Shown in pieces: positions 10,093 through 19,801 of a stretch of DNA of 64,000 nt. The stretch is from Clostridia bacterium (GTDB lineage Bacteria > Bacillota > Clostridia > Oscillospirales > CAG-272). A program made the position numbers and the translations under genes. Position 1 is the stretch's first letter, and the number at the start of each line of letters is the position of its first letter. Location of the stretch: assembly GCA_017462035.1 (NCBI GenBank), contig JAFTRY010000007.1:81048-145047 (forward strand), given 5' to 3'. Under the pieces are notes generated by a model. The model saw nothing but the letters and a program-made list of their open reading frames with translations. It was not told the DNA's origin and searched no databases.

Positions 10093-11346
10093 ATGTTCCA
10101 TAAAATCAAAGAATTGTTTCCTAAAAAGGATTATCCAAGATTAAGCGGCACTCAAGAAAGGCAACGGGGAGAATTCATTTCCCGAAATGTCAAAAAGAGA
10201 AAAATGTATCTGGCATATATGGCAACCTCTCTCACAGCGGTATTTCTTTGCGTGACGGTCCTTTTTGCGTCTATTTTCAGTGGCTCCCATAACGTGACCT
10301 TTGGGCGTTTTATATCCAAGCTGGCATCCGGTATCATTCAAATGAATTTTATGGATCTATCGGGTAGCAATCAGGATGGAGAAAACCGAGAGGAAGAGTT
10401 TTTACCTGATATTTTTGATAATGCCCCCTCTACCGATTCTCCCTATCCAAACAAGCCTCAAAATCCCCCCAACGACACAGATGAAAGCGGTAACAACATG
10501 CCCCTAACCCTTGAAACGCTTTATCAATTTGATTATCTCTCCGTTCCCAGCGGAGAGATCCCCATCATTCCCATGGATCTTTCTCTCAGTGCTTACGGCA
10601 ATCAGTATATTTATAACTCCACAGGACTGGTTCCCGATTTGCAAGCCCTTCTTACCAATCCGCTGACCGCTCAAGAGGGAGCAGAGTACATGTCTGTTAC
10701 AAGTGCTCCGAAGGTTTTGATCCTACATACTCACGGCACGGAGGCTTACAGCGTGGATGGTGCGGTCTCTTATCGAGAAGATGGGGGAGAACTTGCGAGA
10801 AGCACAGATCCCGCGGAATCGGTGGTTTCCGTAGGGGCAGTGATCTCAGATGAGTTGAACCATCTGGGGATCCCCTCGATTCACTGTACGATTATGCATG
10901 ACCAAGAGCAGTATCGAAACTCCTACGCCCGTGCAAAAGAGACCATTGAGAAATATCTGGAACGTTATCCGACCATTCAACTGGTCATTGACGTGCATCG
11001 AGATTCTATTGTAAAATCCACGGGAGAGTTAGTAAGACCGGTTACGCTTCTTAACGGAGAAGCGGCAGCGCAGGTAATGTGCGTGGTCGGCAGCAATTGG
11101 GGCGGAGAGGAAAATCCCAACTGGGAAAAAAATCTGGCTTTGGCATTAAAGCTTCGCGAGCGCTTAAACACTCAATGTGAAAATATTTGCCGTCCTGCCT
11201 ATCTACGGTCTTCTACTTACAATCAAGAATTGTCACCCTATTCGCTTCTGCTGGAAATGGGAGCCAGCGGGAACAGTCTGGAGGAAGCTCAGCGTTCTGC
11301 CTACTTAATAGCGGAAGCTTTAGCAGACCTTTGGAGTGAACTGTAA
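10093..11346 (+). CDS. spoIIP: Stage II sporulation protein P
   Basis: N-terminal TM segment, then VLILHTHGTEAY and IDVHRDS, followed by a SpoIIP amidase-like C-terminus. It is adjacent to gpr, as in many Firmicutes. Confidence 0.85.
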   Translation: MFHKIKELFPKKDYPRLSGTQERQRGEFISRNVKKRKMYLAYMATSLTAVFLCVTVLFASIFSGSHNVTFGRFISKLASGIIQMNFMDLSGSNQDGENREEEFLPDIFDNAPSTDSPYPNKPQNPPNDTDESGNNMPLTLETLYQFDYLSVPSGEIPIIPMDLSLSAYGNQYIYNSTGLVPDLQALLTNPLTAQEGAEYMSVTSAPKVLILHTHGTEAYSVDGAVSYREDGGELARSTDPAESVVSVGAVISDELNHLGIPSIHCTIMHDQEQYRNSYARAKETIEKYLERYPTIQLVIDVHRDSIVKSTGELVRPVTLLNGEAAAQVMCVVGSNWGGEENPNWEKNLALALKLRERLNTQCENICRPAYLRSSTYNQELSPYSLLLEMGASGNSLEEAQRSAYLIAEALADLWSEL

Positions 11347-11442
11347 AAAACATTCAGAATCGGAAAATATTTTTCAAAACCCCTTTACAATCCAGAAAAT
11401 ATATGATATAATTATTCCGTAATTGGAATTTCGGAGGGCGTT

Positions 11443-12267
11443 ATGGATTATATTGACAGAATCAAAAAAATTAAGAGCGAGAAAAAAATCACCAATGACC
11501 GTTTGTCGGAATTAACAGGAATCCCCTTGGGAACTCTCAGCAAGCTTCTTGCCGGAATCAGTGATTCGCCAAAGCTTGTAAACGTGATAGCCATCGCAAA
11601 CGCTTTGAATTGCTCTCTTGACTACCTGGTCAGCGGAATTCCGCAAAATGATCACAATTATACCTTGACCGAGGAAGAGATCCGCTTAGTGGAGCAGTAT
11701 CGCTCTTTGGATCATTTCGGACAGGATCTGATTCTTACGGTAGCCGAAAAGGAAGGAGAACGCGTAAAGTCTTACGTGATTCCGGAGGCTTCGAATTCCA
11801 GAAAAAAGCGAGAGACTTCTTCTGTATCTGCGGGTAATACCGAAAAAACGGCGAAAATTTTGGAGCCTACCTTCGGACGTATCGCTCCCATTGGTGAGAA
11901 GCGTACGCTTTTGTTATATGATCTCCCGGTTTCTGCCGGTCCCGGTGTATATTTGGATGATACTGCCGCGGAGGAAATTCATATTCCAAACAATGAGAAA
12001 ACACAGCTTGCTGATTTCGCGTTGCGGATCAGCGGAAACAGTATGGAACCAAAATTCCACGACGGTGACGTTCTGCTGGTTCAAAACACGGAAGCAGTGG
12101 AAGTGGGTGAATTGGGTGTATTTATTTTGGACGGTAACGGATACTTTAAGAAGTATGGCGGCGACTGTCTCATTTCCCTCAATCCCGAGTACGGCGATAT
12201 TCTGCTCAAAGAGTATGCCGAAGCCGTATGCTGTGGCCGTGTAGTCGGAAAGCTCCGGAGAAAATAA
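11443..12267 (+). CDS. XRE-family HTH repressor fused to an S24 (LexA-like) autopeptidase domain
   Basis: N-terminal HTH (ITNDRLSELTGIPLGTLSKLLAG). The C-terminus has GNSMEPKF...GDVLLV and a later K (YFKKYGG). Confidence 0.8.
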   Translation: MDYIDRIKKIKSEKKITNDRLSELTGIPLGTLSKLLAGISDSPKLVNVIAIANALNCSLDYLVSGIPQNDHNYTLTEEEIRLVEQYRSLDHFGQDLILTVAEKEGERVKSYVIPEASNSRKKRETSSVSAGNTEKTAKILEPTFGRIAPIGEKRTLLLYDLPVSAGPGVYLDDTAAEEIHIPNNEKTQLADFALRISGNSMEPKFHDGDVLLVQNTEAVEVGELGVFILDGNGYFKKYGGDCLISLNPEYGDILLKEYAEAVCCGRVVGKLRRK

Positions 12268-12280
12268 ATTATAACAAGCA

Positions 12281-12322
12281 ATTCCCGATACCAAGTGATG
12301 AACGGTATCGGGGATTATTTTT
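12281..12322 (+). terminator. Rho-independent terminator
   Basis: A 12-bp stem ATTCCCGATACC / GGTATCGGGGAT followed by TATTTTT. Confidence 0.7.
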
Positions 12323-12377
12323 ACTCCGATGGGCAAAATATGTATAAGCAATTCAACAATTCGGAGGAAAATTCTAA

Positions 12378-13547
12378 ATGAAAATCGTAGAGGTGATCAG
12401 TGATACCAATATTGGCGGTGCGGGAGTATTGCTTTGTACACGCCTGAAGCATAGCGATCCAGAGAAATTTCAAACCGCAGTGATTCTTCCCACGGACAGT
12501 AAATTAAAGCCGAGAATCGAAGGGCTGGGACGGAGCGTATATGAGATCCCCGGAAAGGGTGACCGATCCTGGTCTTTGGAGGGTCTCTACGGGTTTATGG
12601 CTCTGTTTTTCCGTCTGCGCCCAGATCTCGTCAACTGTCACGGATCCTTGACAGGGCGTGTAGCAGCAACTCTGTGCGGAATTCCCACGGTGGTATATAC
12701 CCGACACTGCGCCTATCCCACCAAGCCTTGGCAGAAATATAAGCTTGTCAGAGCGATCATGGGGATCTGTCAAATGCCTTTTTATGACCATGTGATTGCG
12801 GTAGCCGATGCGGCTCGGCAAAATCTACAGGATCTTGGAATTCCCAAAAAGCGGATCAGTGTGATTATTAACGGTGTAGAAGAATTAAAAAAATACGCGG
12901 AAGAAGAGAAGTCCGCCATCAGAAAAAAGCTTGGGATTCCGCAGGATGCTTTTGTGATTGGAATTTGCGCACGTTTGGAAGCATGTAAAGGACACAAGGA
13001 TCTTTTAGAGGCGGCACGTATTTTATTGCATCGCTCCCGCCGTTTCCGTTTTCTGATCATCGGCGGCGGAAGCCTTTTTGAACAATTAAAGGTCGAAAGC
13101 AGAAAAAAGGGCATCGAGCCCTATGTAATCTTCACCGATTTCGTAGAAGACGTTACCCCGTATATGAACTGCATGGATCTGCAAGTAAACTGCTCCGTCG
13201 GCACGGAAACCTCCTCCTTGGCGTTGTCAGAAGGAATGAGTCTTGGAATCCCCATGGTCGTTAGTAACTATGGCGGAAATCCCTATATGGTACGGAACGG
13301 AGTCAACGGATATTTATTTCCCGCCGGTCAATTTGAAGTATTAGCGGAAAAGATCCTGTTTCTTTTTGAACATCCGTCAATTTATCAGAAAATGTCAAAG
13401 CAGGCACGCCTCCGGTTTCTCGAAGAGCTCAATGCCCGTGAAATGACTCGCCAAACCAACGCGTTGTATCGTTCATTGATTCTATCGCAAAAAAGGAAGG
13501 GAAGGAGTCAAGTAAGTATTTCTCCTATCTTACGACGTAGGGAATGA
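12378..13547 (+). CDS. Glycosyltransferase family 4 (GT-B, group 1)
   Basis: N-terminal GGAGV motif and a C-terminal E...E region (GTETSSLALSEGMSLGIPMVVSNYGGNPYMV), both typical of GT4. Confidence 0.85.
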   Translation: MKIVEVISDTNIGGAGVLLCTRLKHSDPEKFQTAVILPTDSKLKPRIEGLGRSVYEIPGKGDRSWSLEGLYGFMALFFRLRPDLVNCHGSLTGRVAATLCGIPTVVYTRHCAYPTKPWQKYKLVRAIMGICQMPFYDHVIAVADAARQNLQDLGIPKKRISVIINGVEELKKYAEEEKSAIRKKLGIPQDAFVIGICARLEACKGHKDLLEAARILLHRSRRFRFLIIGGGSLFEQLKVESRKKGIEPYVIFTDFVEDVTPYMNCMDLQVNCSVGTETSSLALSEGMSLGIPMVVSNYGGNPYMVRNGVNGYLFPAGQFEVLAEKILFLFEHPSIYQKMSKQARLRFLEELNAREMTRQTNALYRSLILSQKRKGRSQVSISPILRRRE

Positions 13548-13966
13548 AGCCCATGACGCAGGGGCGGAACCGCATGGGCAATGCGGGAAACGTCTATCTC
13601 TTTTTCTCCGGAATGAATCATATTTTCACTTTCTTTAAAAAAAGATTGTAGGGTAGCTTCTAAGGAAAGAAATTCGTTAAAAACCTTCTCTTCAAGCAAG
13701 ATCAGTTTCTCGTCACCCAAGCGATCTGCTTCCTGAAGCTCACGTACCAATTGGCATACAGTATAACGACACTTCTCCCATTCCCGAGCCAAAATCACGG
13801 CATGAGAGTAGTACTCGGCGGAAAACGATCGAATATCAACCGAGGTAAAAAAACGGTCTTTCGGCTGTTGGGACAATACAGAGTCCAGATAGTGATCTGT
13901 CTGCCGCAGTAGCTTCTCTGCGGATTCATCCAATTGGTGAAGAAGGATCTGAAAAGAATGATTCAT
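13508..13966 (-). CDS. Hypothetical helical protein (152 aa), sitting where ylqD/rimM would normally follow the KH gene
   Basis: The internal ATG at 13966 is preceded by AAGGAGA. The longer track ORF (to 14080) would overlap the KH gene. I recognise no family. Confidence 0.4.
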   Translation of the reverse strand: MNHSFQILLHQLDESAEKLLRQTDHYLDSVLSQQPKDRFFTSVDIRSFSAEYYSHAVILAREWEKCRYTVCQLVRELQEADRLGDEKLILLEEKVFNEFLSLEATLQSFFKESENMIHSGEKEIDVSRIAHAVPPLRHGLHSLRRKIGEILT

Positions 13967-14048
13967 GAATGATTCTCCTTGAATAAGTAAAATGGGGAGC
14001 CGATACGCGCAAGATACGCGAGGCGGTCCCCATTTTATCCGGATATAT

Positions 14049-14285
14049 TTATCGGATCTCGACGGTAACGTCTTTTCCATCCGCAGAAGCCGCCGCTCTC
14101 ATCACAGTGCGGATCGCTTTTGCGATTTTTCCATGCTTGCCAATGACCATACCCATGTCATCCTCAGCAACACTCAGTACAAGATCTACCTTGTTACCGT
14201 TAACGGTTTCTTCTACAGAAACGGCATCGGGACTATCAACAATGGCCTTGGCAATACCACACAGGGTTTGTTTCAAATCGGTCAT
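14049..14285 (-). CDS. KH domain RNA-binding protein (YlqC/UPF0109)
   Basis: A 78 aa protein with VIGKHGKIAKAIRTV (GXXG KH motif), located downstream of rpsP. Confidence 0.85.
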   Translation of the reverse strand: MTDLKQTLCGIAKAIVDSPDAVSVEETVNGNKVDLVLSVAEDDMGMVIGKHGKIAKAIRTVMRAAASADGKDVTVEIR

Positions 14286-14304
14286 CTGGAATCACCAATA
14301 CCAA

Positions 14305-14544
14305 TCAGTCAACAATGTTGGACTTCTTCAGCAGAGCCTTAACAGTATCAGTGGGCTGCGCGCCATTTGCGATCCAAGTCTTTGCCTTTTCAGCATCGAT
14401 TTTGATCTCGTCATTGCGGGGATTGAAGAATCCAATCTCCTCAATGAAACGTCCATCTCTGGGAGAACGGCTGTCAGCAACTACTACACGGTAGGTGGGT
14501 GCCTTCTTTGCGCCCATTCTTCTCAATCTCATTTTTACTGCCAT
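14305..14544 (-). CDS. rpsP: 30S ribosomal protein S16
   Basis: [35 protein letters not shown]. Confidence 0.95.
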   Translation of the reverse strand: MAVKMRLRRMGAKKAPTYRVVVADSRSPRDGRFIEEIGFFNPRNDEIKIDAEKAKTWIANGAQPTDTVKALLKKSNIVD

Positions 14545-14598
14545 TTTTTGTTTCCTCCAAAATGTAAATTATTTTTGTTGTTATATAAAAATCCGTAA

Positions 14599-15939
14599 TC
14601 AGTTAAACGGAATTTTCATTTTCTTTCGTCCGAATCGAGACATTTGCTTGGGATTGGAAAACTGCTTCATCAGTTTCTTCGTCTGATCAAACTGCTTTAA
14701 CAATTTGTTGATTTCCTCAACGGTGGTACCGCTTCCTGCGGCAACCCGTTTTTTGCGGGAGGCGTTGAGAGTATCAGGATGAACACGTTCATACGGGGTC
14801 ATGGAGCGTATGATCGCTTCCATGTGCGCCAGCGCTTTTTCATCGATCTTGGCATCCTTGAGAGCACCCGGTTTCATTCCGGGCATCATACCCATGATCT
14901 GATCCAGACTCCCCATGTTTTTCAGCTGAGCGAACTGATCCAGATAGTCATCCAAGGTGAAGGTAGCCTCGCGAATCTTCTTTTCAAGCTCCTGTGCCTT
15001 CTTTTCGTCGTAGGCTTGTTCCGCCTTTTCAATCAAAGAAAGTACATCTCCCATTCCTAAAATTCTCGAAGCCATACGGTCGGGATGGAAGGGCTCAATG
15101 GCATCCAGCTTTTCACCTACGCCAATGAATTTAATGGGCTTTCCGGTCACGTGCTTCACGGACAGAGCAGCACCGCCACGGGTATCGCCGTCCAGCTTGG
15201 TCAGAATCACACCGGTTACGTCCAACAACTCGTTAAAGGTCTTGGCAACGGTAACCGCATCCTGACCGATCATAGCATCAATGGTCAACAGAATTTCCGT
15301 CGGTGCTACCTGGGTTTTAATATCCTGAAGCTCTCCCATCAAGGTCTCGTCGATGTGCAATCGACCTGCGGTATCAATAAATACCATGTCGTGACCTTTT
15401 TTAATGGCGTAGGAAAGTCCCTCCTTGGCAATGGTTACCGGTGAGACTTGATCCCCCATGGTAAAAACGGGAATTCCGAGCTTTTCTCCTACAACCTCCA
15501 GCTGCTTGATCGCGGCAGGACGGTAAATATCGCAGGCAACTAGCAAAGGATTTTTGCCTTGTTTTTTGTACATACCAGCAAGCTTTCCCGCATGGGTAGT
15601 CTTTCCGGCGCCCTGCAAGCCAACCATCATCACCACCGTGGGGGGCTTGGAAGAAATCTGAAGCTTGGATTGTGTTCCTCCCATCAGATTAATTAATTCC
15701 TCGTGAACGATCTTGACGATCTGCTGAGCGGGAAGGAGAGATTCCAACACCTCTGTTCCCACCGCGCGGGCGGATACTGTGTTGATGAATTCCTTCACGA
15801 CCTTGAAGTTTACGTCGGCCTCCAAAAGAGCAAGCTTGATCTCGCGCATACCTGCCTTGATATCAGCCTCGGTCAATTTTCCTTTGTTTTTAAATTTTTT
15901 GAAGGCGTTCTCCAATTTTTCGCTTAAGCTTTGAAACAT
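14599..15939 (-). CDS. ffh: Signal recognition particle protein Ffh
   Basis: NG domain GLQGAGKTT, DTAGR and TKLDGD, followed by a Met-rich M domain. Confidence 0.97.
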   Translation of the reverse strand: MFQSLSEKLENAFKKFKNKGKLTEADIKAGMREIKLALLEADVNFKVVKEFINTVSARAVGTEVLESLLPAQQIVKIVHEELINLMGGTQSKLQISSKPPTVVMMVGLQGAGKTTHAGKLAGMYKKQGKNPLLVACDIYRPAAIKQLEVVGEKLGIPVFTMGDQVSPVTIAKEGLSYAIKKGHDMVFIDTAGRLHIDETLMGELQDIKTQVAPTEILLTIDAMIGQDAVTVAKTFNELLDVTGVILTKLDGDTRGGAALSVKHVTGKPIKFIGVGEKLDAIEPFHPDRMASRILGMGDVLSLIEKAEQAYDEKKAQELEKKIREATFTLDDYLDQFAQLKNMGSLDQIMGMMPGMKPGALKDAKIDEKALAHMEAIIRSMTPYERVHPDTLNASRKKRVAAGSGTTVEEINKLLKQFDQTKKLMKQFSNPKQMSRFGRKKMKIPFN

Positions 15940-15966
15940 ACGACGCGCCCCCTTTCCCGTGGCAAA

Positions 15967-16302
15967 TTATTGTTTAACGACCTGAGTCAGCTGAAGAATT
16001 TTTTCCTTCACATCCTCCGGTAAGGAATGCTGATCGGCAAGCTGACACAAAGAGTCGGAATAAGCCTCTACTTGAAGAAGTTTTTTTGCGAGTCCCAGCT
16101 TTTCCTCATAAAAGAAAAGCTCACTTTCGGTCTTTTTTACAATATTGCGTACACCCTGTCTGGAAATTCCGATCTCATCCGCTATCTCCGAAAGAGAATA
16201 ATCCTCGTCATAGTACATCTCCAGTACCATACGTTTCCGTTCAGGCAACAGCTCACCGTAAAAATCCAAGAGGTACCCCACATTTAAATTCTTCTCAAAC
16301 AT
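15967..16302 (-). CDS. ylxM: YlxM/UPF0122 putative DNA-binding protein
   Basis: MFEKNLNVGYLLDFYGELL...YYDEDYSLSEIADEIGISRQGV. It is located upstream of ffh. The start is trimmed to an internal ATG. Confidence 0.85.
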   Translation of the reverse strand: MFEKNLNVGYLLDFYGELLPERKRMVLEMYYDEDYSLSEIADEIGISRQGVRNIVKKTESELFFYEEKLGLAKKLLQVEAYSDSLCQLADQHSLPEDVKEKILQLTQVVKQ

Positions 16303-16457
16303 GGAATGATCCCTCCTTAAAAGCACGCTAAAACGTGTGTAAACCAAAACGCTTTACAAGTATATCATGAAATTACAATTCTGTCAAGAGCTTTTTAAAA
16401 ATTTTTCCGTTATTTTCGATAAAAGTCTTTTTTCAATTTCATTCACTTTCACTAAGA

Positions 16458-16492
16458 CAGAAAAAGGACCTTTGCAAAAGCAAAAGTCCTTT
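16458..16492 (-). terminator. Rho-independent terminator after tRNA-Leu
   Basis: On the minus strand, AAAGGACTTTTGC-TTTT-GCAAAGGTCCTTT followed by TT. Confidence 0.7.
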
Positions 16493-16579
16493 TGGTGCCG
16501 GTGGTCGGGGTCGAACCGACACGGTATCGCTACCACTGGATTTTGAGTCCAGCACGTCTGCCAATTCCATCACACCGGC
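16493..16579 (-). tRNA. tRNA-Leu (anticodon CAA), class II with long variable arm
   Basis: The reverse complement is GCCGGTGTGATGGAATTGGCAGACGTGCTGGACTCAAAATCCAGTGGTAGCGATACCGTGTCGGTTCGACCCCGACCACCGGCACCA. The acceptor stem is GCCGGTG/CACCGGC and CCA is encoded. Confidence 0.9.
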
Positions 16580-16653
16580 ATCGAACAGAAAACATTATAC
16601 CACTTTCTTGAGAGATTGTCAATAACTTTTTTCAAATTTTTTATTTTCATTTT

Positions 16654-17223
16654 TTAGCAAACAGCGGACTTCTCCACAGAGGATACCGTAATCGCGTCAA
16701 AATTACAATTCTTCAAGCTACCGGCGTAAATTTTCTGAATGTTTCGTATTTTTTGAAAATCGACAGGAAGCATCAGATAAGGATCCTTCGGCAATTGGAT
16801 TTCATCAGACTCCTTTAGCATCAAAGCAACAAACTGAGAACAAACCAAGCGAAACTCCTGGCGTATACGAATCCCCAGACGAAGGGGAATAATCCCCAAG
16901 AAGTTATACCTTGCCCGGCGGTAATTTTTTAGGTAATATTGAAGTCTTTGCTTGATCTTCTCGTACGCTTCATCGCTGATCTCTACCGAATAAAGAACAC
17001 AAGGGCAATCGGGATATAAGGCAAAGACAAAGGAATGAAGGTCCTCCACAATCAATCCGGCATTCAACGGATTCCGAAGTGCTCGTCTGGCATAGCTATA
17101 AAACCGGTCTGTTTTGGGTGCCAAAGCAATAGAGACATGGGTAAAAGCCCCCCCGGTCAGACGATGTATCAAGCGGGAGGGAATGGTTCCGGTTTTAGAA
17201 AGAAGAATATAAACCTGCTTCAT
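16654..17223 (-). CDS. Hypothetical protein, possibly a YiiX/DUF830-like permuted papain-fold (NlpC/P60 superfamily) enzyme
   Basis: His precedes Cys (FTHVSIA ... LVCSQFVA), which is the permuted order. ATG at 17223 follows GAGGT. The family call is from memory only. Confidence 0.45.
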   Translation of the reverse strand: MKQVYILLSKTGTIPSRLIHRLTGGAFTHVSIALAPKTDRFYSYARRALRNPLNAGLIVEDLHSFVFALYPDCPCVLYSVEISDEAYEKIKQRLQYYLKNYRRARYNFLGIIPLRLGIRIRQEFRLVCSQFVALMLKESDEIQLPKDPYLMLPVDFQKIRNIQKIYAGSLKNCNFDAITVSSVEKSAVC

Positions 17224-17443
17224 CAGTAACCTCACGATACGTACAAACTCAAATAAAAGAATCCCTCGTGTGCTTTATTATATCACATCCTGTCGAAAGA
17301 TTCAATGATTATTTCACAGTTTTTTCATGAAAATGCAAAGAGTTTTTCTCAAATGGGTATTTTCTTTTTGAAGAAATTGTGGTATAATCAAGATGTTGTA
17401 TTCGATCTACTATGTAGCGTATTCGGGAAGGAGAAAACGTGTC

Positions 17444-19777
17444 ATGAAAAAAGTCTTCAGTTTATTGGTTTTAGTCGCCATACTGATCCCATGTTTGGCA
17501 CCGATTTTGCGCGCCCAAGACACGAGTACGCAGACCTCCGATACCGAATGGAATACACTGAAGAAAAATTCAGTGACCTATACCTGCACATATCACACCG
17601 AAACCGGTACGGTGACCATCAACGGAACTGTAAATCATGATACCATGATCCGTTGTCGAGACTATCTGGTGGAGGTATATCGAGTCTTGCCGGGGGAATC
17701 CATGGACACCGTCTTTTCTGACGAAACCGCACAGCCGCTGGTAAGTACGGAGATCGCAGTAAAATTCAATTTTTCTCTTTCGGCGCAAACCGCCACGGAA
17801 CGGTTTTCTGGCTATGCCGTAGTACTTAGAGCTCCTGATGGCAAGCTTTATCGGACAGGAGATCCTGTTTATGCTCAAATTCCTACCGCCCAGACGGAAG
17901 AGGCAAGGGATATGTCCTCATTCAAAGGGATCTCCGCCGTTGACGTATCGGTCAGCGGCAACCTGGGCGCGGGCAGTGCCATCGTTCCCGTATACCTGGA
18001 TCGATTGCTCAGCGAAAGCTCAGCGGGTTATTTGTACCATGTAGATCAGGGCTACCGATATTTTGATAAACCTTATGTTGACAACCTGGATTCCATGGTC
18101 CGCAGCTACTCAGCCTCGGGAAGTAAAGTCTATCTTCAACTGTTACTGCCCGCGTCAGGCATCCATTTAGCGGTGAGCCAATCGATTCATACCGACTCCC
18201 AATATTACATGCCGAATGTATATTCGCAAGATATATTGCCGCTTCTGAGTTCAATTTCCACCTTTCTTGTCAGCCGTTATGACGACCCACAGGCTGGACT
18301 CATTTCCGGACTGATTTTAGGTACAAAAATCGATCAAAAAGCCTTTAACGATCACGGCGAGTTATCCGCGGAACAATATGCGAAGCTATACGCCTTTTAC
18401 CTTTTGGTCATGGGAGGCTCGGCAAGAACGCTCCGTCCGGAGCTTACCCTGGTGCTTCCATTCAGTGATGCAAATGATTATGTGCCGGGAAGGACGGTAG
18501 AAGGAAATGATTACTCTCCATCCGCACTTCTGGAATCCATACTGAGCCATCTTACCCAAATGGGATGTACGAAGCTGTCCTGTATCACCATGATTGAATC
18601 CTCGGTCACGCCTTTGGGCATCGACGATCAATTTCTGACAGGAGATAAAGAAGACGCGGTCTTGGATGGCTCCCGTCTGGGAATTGAAAATTTGACACAG
18701 TACGAAACATACTTGACCTCACTTACCCGCCGGTACGCTAACGCGCCAACCGGATATCTGTACCGCTGGACCCCAGACAAGGATCTTAGCGGAAACGCGT
18801 TGGCATGTGCCTATACTTATGCTTATTACTCACTGCTGAGAGAAAACGGTCCCTCGTCATTTATTCTGTCCCTCGCTACGAATACTCAGCTGACCGACTT
18901 GAAACGGATCATTCGTTACATTGACACCTCTGACAGCTTTTCCGTAACGCAGAATCTTCTCGTTTATTTTCAGGCAACGCAATGGGGCGAGGTAATTCAG
19001 GGATTTTCCCAGGAGACCGTCGCGGTTCGGGAGCATGTGGAAAGTTCCGTGATCGCGCCAGCAGAGAAGGACTTTAAGGGTTCCTTCTCATACGTGGATT
19101 TTTCCACAGGGAACGTAAACGATTGGTTTGCGGGAGCATCTTGCGAAGAGATCAAATTCAACTACAATGAAGAGGGACTCCGCGGGGTGTACGCACAGAT
19201 GAATACGCTCCCGGAACAAACGTATGGCGAATTGCTTTGTGTGTATGAATATCCGGAAACCTTGATCTATACCCCCTATATAGAATTTTCCATGGAGGTC
19301 ACCGATTCCGCTCTTCATGACGATTCCATCTATGAAGTGACGGTAACGCTGGGAAGTAAAACGGGAAGTACCTCCGCATCGTATCTGGTCAGATCGGGAG
19401 AACGGACCACTATACTTCTGGATATACATAATTACCATGAAGCGTATTTGGCGGAGTATCTGAAATTCGACGTACGCATGCTTTCCGGTGACGCGGAGAA
19501 CTTTCAGTTCTGGTTATTCGAAATGACGGGACATAGCCAGGACCATACCTCGGAGGAATTAGAAAATCTGATCGCCATGGAACGATTGAAGATTCGAAAT
19601 CAGCTTCAAGTGGACGAGCAGGAACAGGAAAGCCTCAGCTTGGTATGGACCATCCTGGGAATCCTCGTGGCTGTAACCGCAGTAGGTGTTCTACTCATGA
19701 CTCGCTTTAAGCAGGAGGATCGAGACTCCGATACGGCAGGCAGAAGCTCAGACTCATCCCATCCCGAGGAGCAATAA
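17444..19777 (+). CDS. Large secreted, C-terminally membrane-anchored protein of unknown function
   Basis: Signal peptide MKKVFSLLVLVAILIPCLAPILRAQD after GGAAGGAG. There is a C-terminal TM segment (LVWTILGILVAVTAVGVLLM) and a charged tail. Confidence 0.6.
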   Translation: MKKVFSLLVLVAILIPCLAPILRAQDTSTQTSDTEWNTLKKNSVTYTCTYHTETGTVTINGTVNHDTMIRCRDYLVEVYRVLPGESMDTVFSDETAQPLVSTEIAVKFNFSLSAQTATERFSGYAVVLRAPDGKLYRTGDPVYAQIPTAQTEEARDMSSFKGISAVDVSVSGNLGAGSAIVPVYLDRLLSESSAGYLYHVDQGYRYFDKPYVDNLDSMVRSYSASGSKVYLQLLLPASGIHLAVSQSIHTDSQYYMPNVYSQDILPLLSSISTFLVSRYDDPQAGLISGLILGTKIDQKAFNDHGELSAEQYAKLYAFYLLVMGGSARTLRPELTLVLPFSDANDYVPGRTVEGNDYSPSALLESILSHLTQMGCTKLSCITMIESSVTPLGIDDQFLTGDKEDAVLDGSRLGIENLTQYETYLTSLTRRYANAPTGYLYRWTPDKDLSGNALACAYTYAYYSLLRENGPSSFILSLATNTQLTDLKRIIRYIDTSDSFSVTQNLLVYFQATQWGEVIQGFSQETVAVREHVESSVIAPAEKDFKGSFSYVDFSTGNVNDWFAGASCEEIKFNYNEEGLRGVYAQMNTLPEQTYGELLCVYEYPETLIYTPYIEFSMEVTDSALHDDSIYEVTVTLGSKTGSTSASYLVRSGERTTILLDIHNYHEAYLAEYLKFDVRMLSGDAENFQFWLFEMTGHSQDHTSEELENLIAMERLKIRNQLQVDEQEQESLSLVWTILGILVAVTAVGVLLMTRFKQEDRDSDTAGRSSDSSHPEEQ

Positions 19778-19801
19778 AACAAAAAATGAACGGAGGAAAA
19801 C

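Noticed and set aside
13967-14080. The N-terminal extension of track ORF 13508-14080 (190 aa).
   Set aside because: The extension overlaps the KH-domain gene's 3' end and lacks an RBS. The internal ATG at 13966 has AAGGAGA at ideal spacing, so the shorter form is used.
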